Shown piece after piece: positions 15,540 through 29,699 of a stretch of DNA of 64,000 nucleotides (its first letter is position 1; the number at the start of each line of letters is the position of its first letter). Origin of the DNA: Eledone cirrhosa (Eukaryota); NCBI GenBank assembly GCA_964016885.1, contig OZ024745.1, positions 64,728,001 to 64,792,000 on the forward strand. Direction: 5' to 3'. The notes under the pieces are model-generated. The model was not told where the DNA came from. It made no database searches and saw only the letters and a list, made by a program, of their open reading frames with translations. The translations under genes and the position numbers were made by a program.

Positions 15540-18500
15540 TTGGGGGATCCATTTTTTATTTGGGGGATCCATTATTTATTTGGGTGATCCATTTTTTATT
15601 TGGGTGATCCATTTTTTATTTGGGTGATCCATTTTTTATTTGGGTGATCCATTTTTTATTTGGGTGATCCATTTTTTATTTGGGGGATCCATTTTTTATT
15701 TGGGTGATCCATTTTTTATTTGGGGGATCCATTTTTTATTTGGGTGATCCATTTTTTATTTGGGGGATCCATTTTTTATTTCGGGGATCCATTTTTTATT
15801 TGGGTGATTCATTTTTTATTTGGGAGATCCATTTTTTATTTTGGGTGATCCATTTTTTATTAGGGGGATCCATTTTTTATTTGGGTGATCCATTTTTATT
15901 TGTAGATCCATTTTTTATTTGGGTGATCCATTTTTTAATTGGATGATCCATTTTTTATTTGGGGGATCCATTTTTTATTTGGGGGATCCATTATTTATTT
16001 GGGTGATCCATTTTTTATTTGGGTGATCCATTTTTTATTCGGGGGATCCATTTTTTATTTGGGTGATCCATTTTTTATTTGGGTGATCCATTTTTTAATT
16101 GGGGATCCATTTTTTATTTAGTTGATCCATTTTTTAATTGGGTGATGCATTTTTTATTTGGGGGATCCATTTTTTATTTGGGGGATCCATTTTTTATTTG
16201 GGGGATCCATTGTTTATTTGGGTGATCCATTTTTTATTTGGGGGATCCATTTTGTATTTGGGTGATCCATTTTTTATTTGGGTGATCCATTTTTTATTTG
16301 GGTGATCCATTTTTTATTTGTGGGATCCATTTTTTATTTGGGTGATCCATTTTTTATTTGGGGGATCCTTTTTTTATTTGGGTGATCCATTTTTTATTTG
16401 GGTGATCCATTTTTTATTTGGGGGATCCATTTTTTATTTGGGTGATCCTTTTTTTATTTGGGTGATCCATTTTTTATTTGGGGGATCCATTTTTTATTTG
16501 GGTGATCCATTTTTTATTTGGGGGATCCATTTTTTATTTGGGGTATCCATTTTTTATTTGGGTGATCCATTTTTTATATGGGTGATCCATTTTTTATTTG
16601 GGGGGATCCATTTTTAATTTGGGTGATCCATTTTTTATTTGGGGGATCCATTTTTTATTTGGGTGATCCATATTTTATTTGGGGGATCCATTTTTTATTT
16701 GGGTGATCCATTTTTTATTTGGGTGATCCATTTTTTAATTGGGTGATCCATTTTTTATTTGGGGTATCCATTTTTTATTTGGGTGATCCATTTTTTAGTT
16801 GGGTGGTCCATTTTTTATTTGGGTGATCCATTTTTTATTTTGGGGATCCATTTTTTATTTGGGTGATCCATTTTTTATTTGGGGATCCATTTTTTATTTG
16901 GGTGATCCATTTTTTATTTGGGTGATCCATTTTTTATTTGGGGGATCCATTTTTTATTTGGGTGATTCATTTTTTATTTGGGGGGTCCATTTTTTATTTG
17001 GGGGATCCATTTTTATTTGGGTGATCCATTTTTTATTTGGGGGATCCATTTTTTATTTGGGTGATCCATTTTTTATTTGGGTTGATCCCTTTTTTATTTG
17101 GGGGATCCATTTTTTATTTGGGTGATCCATTTTTTATTTGGGGGATCCATTTTTTATTTGGGTGATCCATTTTTTATTTGAGGGATCCATTTTATATTTG
17201 GGTGATCCATTTTTTATTTGGGGGATCCATTATTTATTTGGGTGATCCATTTTTTATTTGGGTGATCCATTTTTTATTTGGGTGATCCATTTTTTATTTG
17301 GGTGATCCATTTTTTATTTGGGTGATACATTTTTTATTTGGGGGATCCATTTTTTATTTGGGTGATCCATTTTTTATTTGGGTGATCCATTTTTTATTTG
17401 AGGGATCCATTTTATATTTGGGTGATCCATTTTTTATTTGGGTGATCCATTTTTTATTTGGGGGATCCATTTTTTATTTGGGGGATCCATTTTTTATTTG
17501 GGGGATCCATTTTTTATTTGGGGGATCCATTTTTTATTTCGGGGATCCATTTTTTATTTGGGTGATTCATTTTTTATTTGGGGGATCCATTTTTTATTTG
17601 GGTGATCCATTTTTTTAATTTGGGGGTCCATTTTTTATTTGGGTGATCCATTTTTTATTTGGGTGATCCATTTTTTAATTGGGTGATCCATTTTTATTTG
17701 GGTGATCCATTTTTTACTTGGGGGATCCATTTTTTATTTGGGTGATCCATTTTTTATTTTGCTGATTCATTTTTTATTTGGGTGATCCATTTTTTATTTG
17801 GGGGATCCATTTTTTATTTGGGTGAACCATTTTTTATTTGGGGGATCCATTTTTTATTTGGGTGATCCATTTTTTATTTGGGTGATCCATTTTTTATTTG
17901 GGGGATCCATTTTTTATTTGGGTGATCCATTTTTTATTTGGGTGATCCATTTTTTATTTGGGGGATCCATTTTTTATTTGGGGGATCCATTTTTTATTTG
18001 GGTGATCCATTTTTATTTGGAGATCCATTTTGTATTTGGGTGATCCATTTTTTAATTGGGTGATCCATTTTTTATTTGGGTGATCCATTTTTTATTTGGG
18101 GGATCCATTTTTTATTTGGGTGATCCATTTTTTATTTGGGTGGTCCATTTTTTATTTGGGTGATCCATTTTTTATTTGGGGGATCCATTTTTTATTTGGG
18201 TGATCCATTTTTTATTTGGGGATCCATTTTTTATTTGGGTGATCCATTTTTTATTTGGTTGATCCATTTTTTATTTGGGGGATACATTTTTTATTTGGGT
18301 GATCCATTTTTTATTTGGGGGGACCATTTTTTATTTGGGGGATCCATTTTTATTTGGGTGATCCATTTTTTATTTGGGGGATCCATTTTTTATTTGGGTG
18401 ATCCCTTTTTTATTTGGGGGATCCATTTTTTATTTGGGTGATCCATTTTTTATTTGGGGGATCCATTTTTTATTTGGGGGATTCATTTTTTATTTGGGTG

Positions 18501-21500
18501 ATCCATTTTTTATTAGGGGGATCCATTTTTTATTTGGGTGATCCATTTTTATTTGGAGATCCATTTTTTATTTAGGTGATCCATTTTATAATTGGGTGAT
18601 CCATTTTTTATTTGGGGGATCCATTTTCTATTTGGAGGATCCATTATTTATTTGGGTGATCCATTTTTATTTGGAGATCCATTTTTTATTTGGGGGATCC
18701 ATTATTTATTTGGGTGATCCATTTTTTATTTGGGTGATCCATTTTTTATTTGGGTGATCCATTTTTTATTTGGGTGATCCATTTTTTATTTGGGTGATCC
18801 ATTTTTTATTTGGGGGATCCATTTTTTATTTGGGTGATCCATTTTTTATTTGGGGGATCCATTTTTTATTTGGGTGATCCATTTTTTATTTGGGGGATCC
18901 ATTTTTTATTTCGGGGATCCATTTTTTATTTGGGTGATTCATTTTTTATTTGGGGGATCCATTTTTTATTTTGGGTGATCCATTTTTTATTAGGGGGATC
19001 CATTTTTTATTTGGGTGATCCATTTTTATTTGTAGATCCATTTTTTATTTGGGTGATCCATTTTTTAATTGGATGATCCATTTTTTATTTGGGGGATCCA
19101 TTTTTTATTTGGGGGATCCATTATTTATTTGGGTGATCCATTTTTTATTTGGGTGATCCATTTTTTATTCGGGGGATCCATTTTTTATTTGGGTGATCCA
19201 TTTTTTATTTGGGTGATCCATTTTTTAATTGGGGATCCATTTTTTATTTAGTTGATCCATTTTTTAATTGGGTGATGCATTTTTTATTTGGGGGATCCAT
19301 TTTTTATTTGGGGGATCCATTTTTTATTTGGGGGATCCATTGTTTATTTGGGTGATCCATTTTTTATTTGGGTGATCCATTTTTTATTTGTGGGATCCAT
19401 TTTTTATTTGGGTGATCCATTTTTTATTTGGGGGATCCTTTTTTTATTTGGGTGATCCATTTTTTATTTGGGTGATCCATTTTTTATTTGGGGGATCCAT
19501 TTTTTATTTGGGTGATCCATTTTTTATTTGGGTGATCCATTTTTTATTTGGGGGATCCATTTTTTATTTGGGTGATCCATTTTTTATTTGGGGGATCCAT
19601 TTTTTATTTGGGGGATCCATTTTTTATTTGGGTGATCCATTTTTTATATGGGTGATCCATTTTTTATTTGGGGGGATCCATTTTTAATTTGGGTGATCCA
19701 TTTTTTATTTGGGGGATCCATTTTTTATTTGGGTGATCCATATTTTATTTGGGGGATCCATTTTTTATTTGGGTGATCCATTTTTTATTTGGGTGATCCA
19801 TTTTTTAATTGGGTGATCCATTTTTTATTTGGGGTATCCATTTTTTATTTGGGTGATCCATTTTTTAGTTGGGTGGTCCATTTTTTATTTGGGTGATCCA
19901 TTTTTTATTTTGGGGATCCATTTTTTATTTGGGTGATCCATTTTTTATTTGGGGATCCATTTTTTATTTGGGTGATCCATTTTTTATTTGGGTGATCCAT
20001 TTTTTATTTGGGGGATCCATTTTTTATTTGGGTGATTCATTTTTTATTTGGGGGGTCCATTTTTTATTTGGGGGATCCATTTTTATTTGGGTGATCCATT
20101 TTTTATTTGGGGGATCCATTTTTTATTTGGGTGATCCATTTTTTATTTGGGTTGATCCCTTTTTTATTTGGGGGATCCATTTTTTATTTGGGTGATCCAT
20201 TTTTTATTTGGGGGATCCATTTTTTATTTGGGTGATCCATTTTTTATTTGAGGGATCCATTTTATATTTGGGTGATCCATTTTTTATTTGGGGGATCCAT
20301 TATTTATTTGGGTGATCCATTTTTTATTTGGGTGATCCATTTTTATTTGGGTGATCCATTTTTTATTTGGGTGATCCATTTTTTATTTGGGTGATACATT
20401 TTTTATTTGGGGGATCCATTTTTTATTTGGGTGATCCATTTTTTATTTGGGTGATCCATTTTTTATTTGAGGGATCCATTTTATATTTGGGTGATCCATT
20501 TTTTATTTGGGTGATCCATTTTTTATTTGGGGGATCCATTTTTTATTTGGGGGATCCATTTTTTATTTGGGGGATCCATTTTTTATTTGGGGGATCCATT
20601 TTTTATTTCGGGGATCCATTTTTTATTTGGGTGATTCATTTTTTATTTGGGGGATCCATTTTTTATTTGGGTGATCCATTTTTTTAATTTGGGGGTCCAT
20701 TTTTTATTTGGGTGATCCATTTTTTATTTGGGTGATCCATTTTTTAATTGGGTGATCCATTTTTATTTGGGTGATCCATTTTTTACTTGGGGGATCCATT
20801 TTTTATTTGGGTGATCCATTTTTTATTTTGCTGATTCATTTTTTATTTGGGTGATCCATTTTTTATTTGGGGGATCCATTTTTTATTTGGGTGAACCATT
20901 TTTTATTTGGGGGATCTATTTTTTATTTGGGTGATCCATTTTTTATTTGGGTGATCCATTTTTTATTTGGGGGATCCATTTTTTATTTGGGTGATCCATT
21001 TTTTATTTGGGTGATCCATTTTTTATTTGGGGGATCCATTTTTTATTTGGGGGATCCATTTTTTATTTGGGTGATCCATTTTTATTTGGAGATCCATTTT
21101 GTATTTGGGTGATCCATTTTTTAATTGGGTGATCCATTTTTTATTTGGGTGATCCATTTTTTATTTGGGGGTTCCATTTTTTATTTGGGTGATCCATTTT
21201 TTATTTGGGTGGTCCATTTTTTATTTGGGTGATCCATTTTTTATTTGGGGGATCCATTTTTTATTTGGGTGATCTATTTTTTATTTGGGGATCCATTTTT
21301 TATTTGGGTGATCCATTTTTTATTTGGTTGATCCATTTTTTATTTGGGGGATACATTTTTTATTTGGGTGATCCATTTTTTATTTGGGGGGACCATTTTT
21401 TATTTGGGGGATCCATTTTTATTTGGGTGATCCATTTTTTATTTGGGGGATCCATTTTTTATTTGGGTGATCCCTTTTTTATTTGGGGGATCCATTTTTT

Positions 21501-21780
21501 ATTTGGGTGATCCATTTTTTATTTGGGGGATCCATTTTTTATTTGGGGGATTCATTTTTTATTTGGGTGATCCATTTTTTATTAGGGGGATCCATTTTTT
21601 ATTTGGGTGATCCATTTTTATTTGGAGATCCATTTTTTATTTAGGTGATCCATTTTATAATTGGGTGATCCATTTTTTATTTGGGGGATCCATTTTCTAT
21701 TTGGAGGATCCATTATTTATTTGGGTGATCCATTTTTTATTTGGGTGATCCATTTTTTATTTGGGTGATCCATTTTTTAT
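15540..21780 (+). repeat. Tandem duplication of about 3.07-3.13 kb (two copies of the basic higher-order unit)
   Basis: Offsets 15680/18810 = 3130, 16318/19388 and 16799/19869 = 3070, 17298/20367 and 18136/21205 = 3069. Shared markers GGGGTATCC (16761/19831), GGGGGGACC (about 18320/21390) and CATTTTCTATTTGGAGG (about 18622/21691). Confidence 0.9.
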
Positions 21781-22229
21781 TTGGGTTGATCCCTTTTTTA
21801 TTTGGGGGATCCATTTTTTATTTGGGTGATCCATTTTTTATTTTGGGGATCCATTTTTTATTTGGGTGATCCATTTTTTATTTGGGTGATCCATTTTTTA
21901 TTTGGGGGATCCATTTTTTATTTGGGTGATCCATTTTTTATTTGGGTGATCCATTTTTTATTTGAGGGACCCATTTTATATTTGGGTGATCCATTTTTTA
22001 TTTGGGTGATCCATTTTTTATTTGGGGGATCCATTTTTTATTTGGGGGATCCATCTTTTATTTGGGGGATCCATTTTTTATTTGGGGGATCCATTTTTTA
22101 TTTCGGGGATCCATTTTTTATTTGGGTGATTCATTTTTTATTTGGGGGATCCATTTTTTATTTGGGGGATCCATTTTTTATTTCGGGGATCCATTTTTTA
22201 TTTGGGTGATTCATTTTTTATTTGGGGGA

Positions 22230-23090
22230 TCCATTTTTTATTTGGGTGATCCATTTTTTATTTGGGTTGATCCCTTTTTTATTTGGGGGATCCATTTTTT
22301 ATTTGGGTGATCCATTTTTTATTTGGGGGATCCATTTTTTATTTGGGTGATCCATTTTTTATTTGAGGGATCCATTTTATATTTGGGTGATCCATTTTTT
22401 ATTTGGGGGATCCATTATTTATTTGGGTGATCCATTTTTTATTTGGGTGATCCATTTTTTATTTGGGTGATCCATTTTTTATTTGGGTGATCCATTTTTT
22501 ATTTGGGTGATACATTTTTTATTTGGGGGATCCATTTTTTATTTGGGTGATCCATTTTTTATTTGGGTGATCCATTTTTTATTTGAGGGATCCATTTTAT
22601 ATTTGGGTGATCCATTTTTTATTTGGGTGATCCATTTTTTATTTGGGGGATCCATTTTTTATTTGGGGGATCCATTTTTTATTTGGGGGATCCATTTTTT
22701 ATTTGGGGGATCCATTTTTTATTTCGGGGATCCATTTTTTATTTGGGTGATTCATTTTTTATTTGGGGGATCCATTTTTTATTTGGGTGATCCATTTTTT
22801 TAATTTGGGGGTCCATTTTTTATTTGGGTGATCCATTTTTTATTTGGGTGATCCATTTTTTAATTGGGTGATCCATTTTTATTTGGGTGATCCATTTTTT
22901 ACTTGGGGGATCCATTTTTTATTTGGGTGATCCATTTTTTATTTTGCTGATTCATTTTTTATTTGGGTGATCCTTTTTTATTTGGGGGATCCATTTTTTA
23001 TTTGGGTGAACCATTTTTTATTTGGGGGATCCATTTTTTATTTGGGTGATCCATTTTTTATTTGGGTGATCCATTTTTTATTTGGGGGAT
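22230..23090 (+). repeat. Partial third copy (about 0.85 kb) of the 17.05-17.9 / 20.1-20.95 kb segment
   Basis: An identical 106-aa ORF occurs at 17298, 20367 and 22483 (also 33865). Shared GATACAT and TTTTTTTAATTTGGGGGTCC markers. Confidence 0.8.
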
Positions 23091-25084
23091 CCATTTTTTA
23101 TTTGGGGGATCCATTTTTTATTTGGGTGATCCATTTTTTATTTGGGTGATCCATTTTTTATTTGGGTGATCCATTTTTTATTTGGGGGATCCATTTTTTA
23201 TTTGGGTGATCCATTTTTTATTTGGGTGATACATTTTTTATTTGGGGGATCCATTTTTTATTTGGGTGATCCATTTTTTATTTGGGGGATCCATTTTTTA
23301 TTTGGGGGATCCATTTTTTATTTGGGTGATCCATTTTTTATTTGGGTGATCCATTTTTTATTTGGGGGGATCCATTTTTAATTTGGGTGATCCATTTTTT
23401 ATTTGGGGGATCCATTTTTTATTTGGGTGATCCATTTTTTATTTGGGGGATCCATTTTTTATTTGGGTGATCCATTTTTTTATTTGGGTGATCCATTTTT
23501 TAATTGGGTGATCCATTTTTTATTTGGGGGATCCATTTTTTATTTGGGTGATCCATTTTTTATTTGGATGGTCCATTTTTTATTTGGGTGATCCATAGTT
23601 TATTTGGGGGATCCATTTTTTATTTGGGTGATCCATTTTTTATTTGGGGATCCATTTTTTATTTGGGTGATCCATTTTTTATTTGGGTGATCCATTTTTT
23701 ATTTGGGGGATCCATTTTTTATTTGGGTGATCCATTTTTAATTTGGGGGTCCATTTTTTATTTGGGGGATCCATTTTTATTTGGGTGATCCATTTTTTAT
23801 TTGGGGGATCCATTTTTTATTTGGGTGATCCATTTTTTATTTGGGTTGATCCCTTTTTTATTTGGGGGATCCATTTTTTATTTGGGTGATCCATTTTTTA
23901 TTTGGGGGATCCATTTTTTATTTGGGGGATCCATTTTTTATTTGGTTGATCCATTTTTTATTAGGGGGATCCATTTTTTATTTGGGTGATCCATTTTAAT
24001 TTGGAGATCCATTTTTTGTTTAGGTGATCCATTTTATAATTGGGTGATCCATTTTTTATTTGGGGGATCCATTTTTTATTTGGGGGATCCATTATTTATT
24101 TGGGTGATCCATTTTTTATTTGGGTGATCCATTTTTTATTTGGGTGATCCATTTTTTATTTGGGTGATCCATTTTTTATTTGGGTGATCCATTTTTTATT
24201 TGGGGGATCCATTTTTTATTTGGGTGATCCATTTTTTATTTGGGTGATCCATTTTTTATTTGAGGGATCCATTTTATATTTGGGTGATCCATTTTTTATT
24301 TGGGTGATCCATTTTTTATTTGGGGGATCCATTTTTTATTTGGGGGATCCATTTTTTATTTGGGGGATCCATTTTTTATTTGGGGGATCCATTTTTTATT
24401 TCGGGGATCCATTTTTTATTTGGGTGATTCATTTTTTATTTGGGGGATCCATTTTTTATTTGGGTGATCCATTTTTTATATTTGTGGGTCCATTTTTTAT
24501 TTGGGTGATCCATTTTTTATTTGGATGATCCATTTTTTAATTGGGTGATCCATTTTTATTTGGGTGATCCATTTTTTACTTGGGGGATCCATTTTTTATT
24601 TGGGTGATCCATTTTTTATTTTGCTGATTCATTTTTTATTTGGGTGATCCATTTTTTATTTGGGGGATCCATTTTTTATTTGGGTGAACCATTTTTTATT
24701 TGGGAGATCCATTTTTTATTTGGGTGATCCATTTTTTATTTGGGTGATCCATTTTTTATTTGGGGGATCCATTTTTTATTTGGGTGATCCATTTTTTATT
24801 TGTGGGATCCATTTTTTATTTGGGTGATCCATTTTTTATTTGGGGGTCCTTTTTTTATTTGGGTGATCCATTTTTTATTTGGGTGATCCATTTTTTATTT
24901 GGGGGATCCATTTTTTATTTGGGTGATCCATTTTTTATTTGGGGGATCCATTTTTTATTTGGGTGATCCATTTTTTATTTGGGGGATCCATTTTTTATTT
25001 GGGGGATCCATTTTTTATTTGGGTGATCCATTTTTTATATGGGTGATCCATTTTTTATTTGGGGGGATCCATTTTTAATTTGGG

Positions 25085-27210
25085 TGATCCATTTTTTATT
25101 TGGGGGATCCATTTTTTATTTGGGTGATCCATTTTTTATTTGGGGGATCCATTTTTTATTTGGGTGATCCATTTTTTATTTGGGTGATCAATTTTTTAAT
25201 TGGGTGATCCATTTTTTATTTGGGGGATCCATTTTTTATTTGGGTGATCCATTTTTTAGTTGGGTGGTCCATTTTTTATTTGGGTGATCCATTTTTTATT
25301 TGGGGGATCCATTTTTTATTTGGGTGATCCATTTTTTATTTGGGGATCCATTTTTTATTTGGGTGATCCATTTTTTATTTGGGTGATCCATTTTTTATTT
25401 GGGGGATCCATTTTTTATTTGGGTGATCCATTTTTTATTTGGGGATCCATTTTTTATTTGGGTGATCCATTTTTTATTTGGGTGATCCATTTTTTATTTG
25501 GGGGATCCATTTTTTATTTGGGTGATCCATTTTTTATTTGGGGGTCCATTTTTTATTTGGGGGATCCATTTTTATTTGGGTGATCCATTTTTTATTTGGG
25601 GGATCCATTTTTTATTTGGGTGATCCATTTTTTATTTGGGTTGATCCCTTTTTTATTTGGGGGATCCATTTTTTATTTGGGTGATCCATTTTTTATTTGG
25701 GGGATCCATTTTTTATTTGGGGGATCCATTTTTTATTTGGTTGATCCATTTTTTATTAGGGGGATCCATTTTTTATTTGGGTGATCCATTTTAATTTGGA
25801 GATCCATTTTTTGTTTAGGTGATCCATTTTATAATTGGGTGATCCATTCTTTATTTGGGGGATCCATTTTTTATTTGGGGGATCCATTTTTTATTTGGGT
25901 GATCCATTTTTTATTTGGGGGATCCATTTTTTATTTGGGTGATCCATTTTTTATTTGGGGGATCCATTTTTTATTTGGGTGATCCATTTTTTATTTGGGT
26001 GATCAATTTTTTAATTGGGTGATCCATTTTTTATTTGGGGGATCCATTTTTTATTTGGGTGATCCATTTTTTAGTTGGGTGGTCCATTTTTTATTTGGGT
26101 GATCCATTTTTTATTTGGGGGATCCATTTTTTATTTGGGTGATCCATTTTTTATTTGGGGATCCATTTTTTATTTGGGTGATCCATTTTTTATTTGGGTG
26201 ATCCATTTTTTATTTGGGGGATCCATTTTTTATTTGGGTGATCCATTTTTTATTTGGGGATCCATTTTTTATTTGGGTGATCCATTTTTTATTTGGGTGA
26301 TCCATTTTTTATTTGGGGGATCCATTTTTTATTTGGGTGATCCATTTTTTATTTGGGGGTCCATTTTTTATTTGGGGGATCCATTTTTATTTGGGTGATC
26401 CATTTTTTATTTGGGGGATCCATTTTTTATTTGGGTGATCCATTTTTTATTTGGGTTGATCCCTTTTTTATTTGGGGGATCCATTTTTTATTTGGGTGAT
26501 CCATTTTTTATTTGGGGGATCCATTTTTTATTTGGGGGATCCATTTTTTATTTGGTTGAACCATTTTTTATTAGGGGGATCCATTTTTTATTTGGGTGAT
26601 CCATTTTAATTTGGAGATCCATTTTTTGTTTAGGTGATCCATTTTATAATTGGGTGATCCATTCTTTATTTGGGGGATCCATTTTTTATTTGGGGGATCC
26701 ATTTTTTATTTGGGTGATCCATTTTTTATTTTGCTGATTCATTTTTTATTTGGGTGATCCATTTTTTATTTGGGGGATCCATTTTTTATTTGGGTGATCC
26801 ATTTTTTATTTGGGGGTCCATTTTTTATTTGGGGGATCCATTTTTATTTGGGTGATCCATTTTTTATTTGGGGGATCCATTTTTTATTTGGGTGATCCAT
26901 TTTTTATTTGGGTTGATCCCTTTTTTATTTGGGGGATCCATTTTTTATTTGGGTGATCCATTTTTTATTTGGGGGATCCATTTTTTATTTGGGGGATCCA
27001 TTTTTTATTTGGTTGAACCATTTTTTATTAGGGGGATCCATTTTTTATTTGGGTGATCCATTTTAATTTGGAGATCCATTTTTTGTTTAGGTGATCCATT
27101 TTATAATTGGGTGATCCATTCTTTATTTGGGGGATCCATTTTTTATTTGGGGGATCCATTTTTTATTTGGGTGATCCATTTTTTATTTTGCTGATTCATT
27201 TTTTATTTGG
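25085..27210 (+). repeat. Nested local duplications of 815 bp and 457 bp
   Basis: 25260/26075 and 25596/26411 = 815, and 26411/26868 = 457. CATTCTTTA marker at about 25845, 26660 and 27117. Confidence 0.88.
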
Positions 27211-29699
27211 GTGATCCATTTTTTATTTGGGAGATCCATTTTTTATTTGGGTGATCCATTTTTTATTTGGGTGATCCATTTTTTATTTGGGGGATCCATT
27301 TTTTATTTGGGTGATCCATTTTTTATTTGGGTGATCCATTTTTTATTTGGGGGATCCATTTTTTATTTGGGTGATCCTTTTTTATTTGGAGATCCATTTT
27401 GTATTTGGGTGATCCATTTTTTAATTGGGTGATCCATTTTTTATTTGGGTGATCCATTTTTTATTTGGGGGATCCATTTTTTATTTGGGTGATCCATTTT
27501 TTATTTGGGGATCCATTTTTTATTTGGGTGATCCATTTTTTATTTGGGTGATCCATTTTTTATTTGGGGGATACATTTTTTATTTGGGTGATCCATTTTT
27601 TATTTGGGGGGGTCCATTTTTTATTTGGGGGATCCATTTTTTATTTGGGTGATCCATTTTTTATTTGGGGGATCCATTTTTTATTTGGGGGATTCATTTT
27701 TTATTTGGGTGATCCATTTTTTATTAGGGGGATCCATTTTTTATTTGGGTGATCCATTTTTATTTGGAGATCTATTTTTTATTTAGGTGATCCATTTTAT
27801 AATTGGGTGATCCATTTTTTATTTGGGGGATCCATTTTTTATTTGGGGGATCCATTATTTATTTGGGTGATCCATTTTTTATTTGGGTGATCCATTTTTT
27901 ATTTGGGTGATCCATTTTTTATTTGGGTGATCCATTTTTTATTTGGGTGATCCATTTTTTATTTGGGGGATCCATTTTTTATTTGGGTGATCCATTTTTT
28001 ATTTGGGGGATCCATTTTTTATTTGGGTGATCCATTTTTTATTTGGGGGATCCATTTTTTATTTCGGGGATCCATTTTTTATTTGGGTGATTCATTTTTT
28101 ATTTGGGGGATCCATTTTTTATTTTGGGTGATCCATTTTTTATTAGGGGGATCCATTTTTTATTTGGGTGATCCATTTTTATTTGTAGATCCATTTTTTA
28201 TTTGGGTGATCCATTTTTTAATTGGATGATCCATTTTTTATTTGGGGGATCCATTTTTTATTTGGGGGATCCATTATTTATTTGGGTGATCCATTTTTTA
28301 TTTGGGTGGTCCATTTTTTATTCGGGGGATCCATTTTTTATTTGGGTGATCCATTTTTTATTTGGGTGATCCATTTTTTAATTGGGGATCCATTTTTTAT
28401 TTAGTTGATCCATTTTTTAATTGGGTGATGCATTTTTTATTTGGGGGATCCATTTTTTATTTGGGGGATCCATTTTTTATTTGGGGGATCCATTGTTTAT
28501 TTGGGTGATCCATTTTTTATTTGGGTGATCCATTTTTTATTTGGGGGATCCATTTTGTATTTGGGTGATCCATTTTTTATTTGGGTGATCCATTTTTTAT
28601 TTGGGTGATCCATTTTTTATTTGTGGGATCCATTTTTTATTTGGGTGATCCATTTTTTATTTGGGGGATCCTTTTTTTATTTGGGTGATCCATTTTTTAT
28701 TTGGGTGATGCATTTTTTATTTGGGGGATCCATTTTTTTATTTGGGTGATCCATTTTTTATTTGGGTGATCCATTTTTTATTTGGGGGATCCATTTTTTA
28801 TTTGGGTGATCCATTTTTTATTTGGGGGATCCATTTTTTATTTGGGGGATCCATTTTTTATTTGGGTGATCAATTTTTTATATGTGTGATCCATTTTTTA
28901 TTTGGGAGGATCCATTTTTAATTTGGGTGATCCATTTTTTATTTGGGGGATCCATTTTTTATTTGGGTGATCCATTTTTTATTTGGGGGATCCATTTTTT
29001 ATTTGGGTGATCCATTTTTTATTTGGGTGATCCATTTTTTAATTGGGTGATCCATTTTTTATTTGGGGGATCCATTTTTTATTTGGGTGATCCATTTTTT
29101 AGTTGGGTGGTCCATTTTTTATTTGGGTGATCCATTTTTTATTTGGGGGATCCATTTTTTATTTGGGTGATCCATTTTTTATTTGGGGATCCATTTTTTA
29201 TTTGGGTGATCCATTTTTTCTTTGGGTGATCCATTTTTTATTTGGGGGATCCATTTTTTATTTGGGTGATTCATTTTTTATTTGGGGGGTCCATTTTTTA
29301 TTTGGGGGATCCATTTTTATTTGGGTGATCCATTTTTTATTTGGGGGATCCATTTTTTATTTGGGTGATCCATTTTTTATTTGGGTTGATCCCTTTTTTA
29401 TTTGGGGGATCCATTTTTTATTTGGGTGATCCATTTTTTATTTGGAGGATCCATTTTTTATTTGGGTGATCCATTTTTTATTTGAGGGATCCATTCTATA
29501 TTTGGGTGATCCATTTTTTATTTGGGGGATCCATTATTTATTTGGGTGATCCATTTTTTATTTGGGTGATCCATTTTTTATTTGGGTGATCCATTTTTTA
29601 TTTGGGTGATCCATTTTTTATTTGGGGATCCATTTTTTATTTGGGTGATCCATTTTTTATTTGGGTGATCCATTTTTTATTTGGGGGATCCATTTTTTA

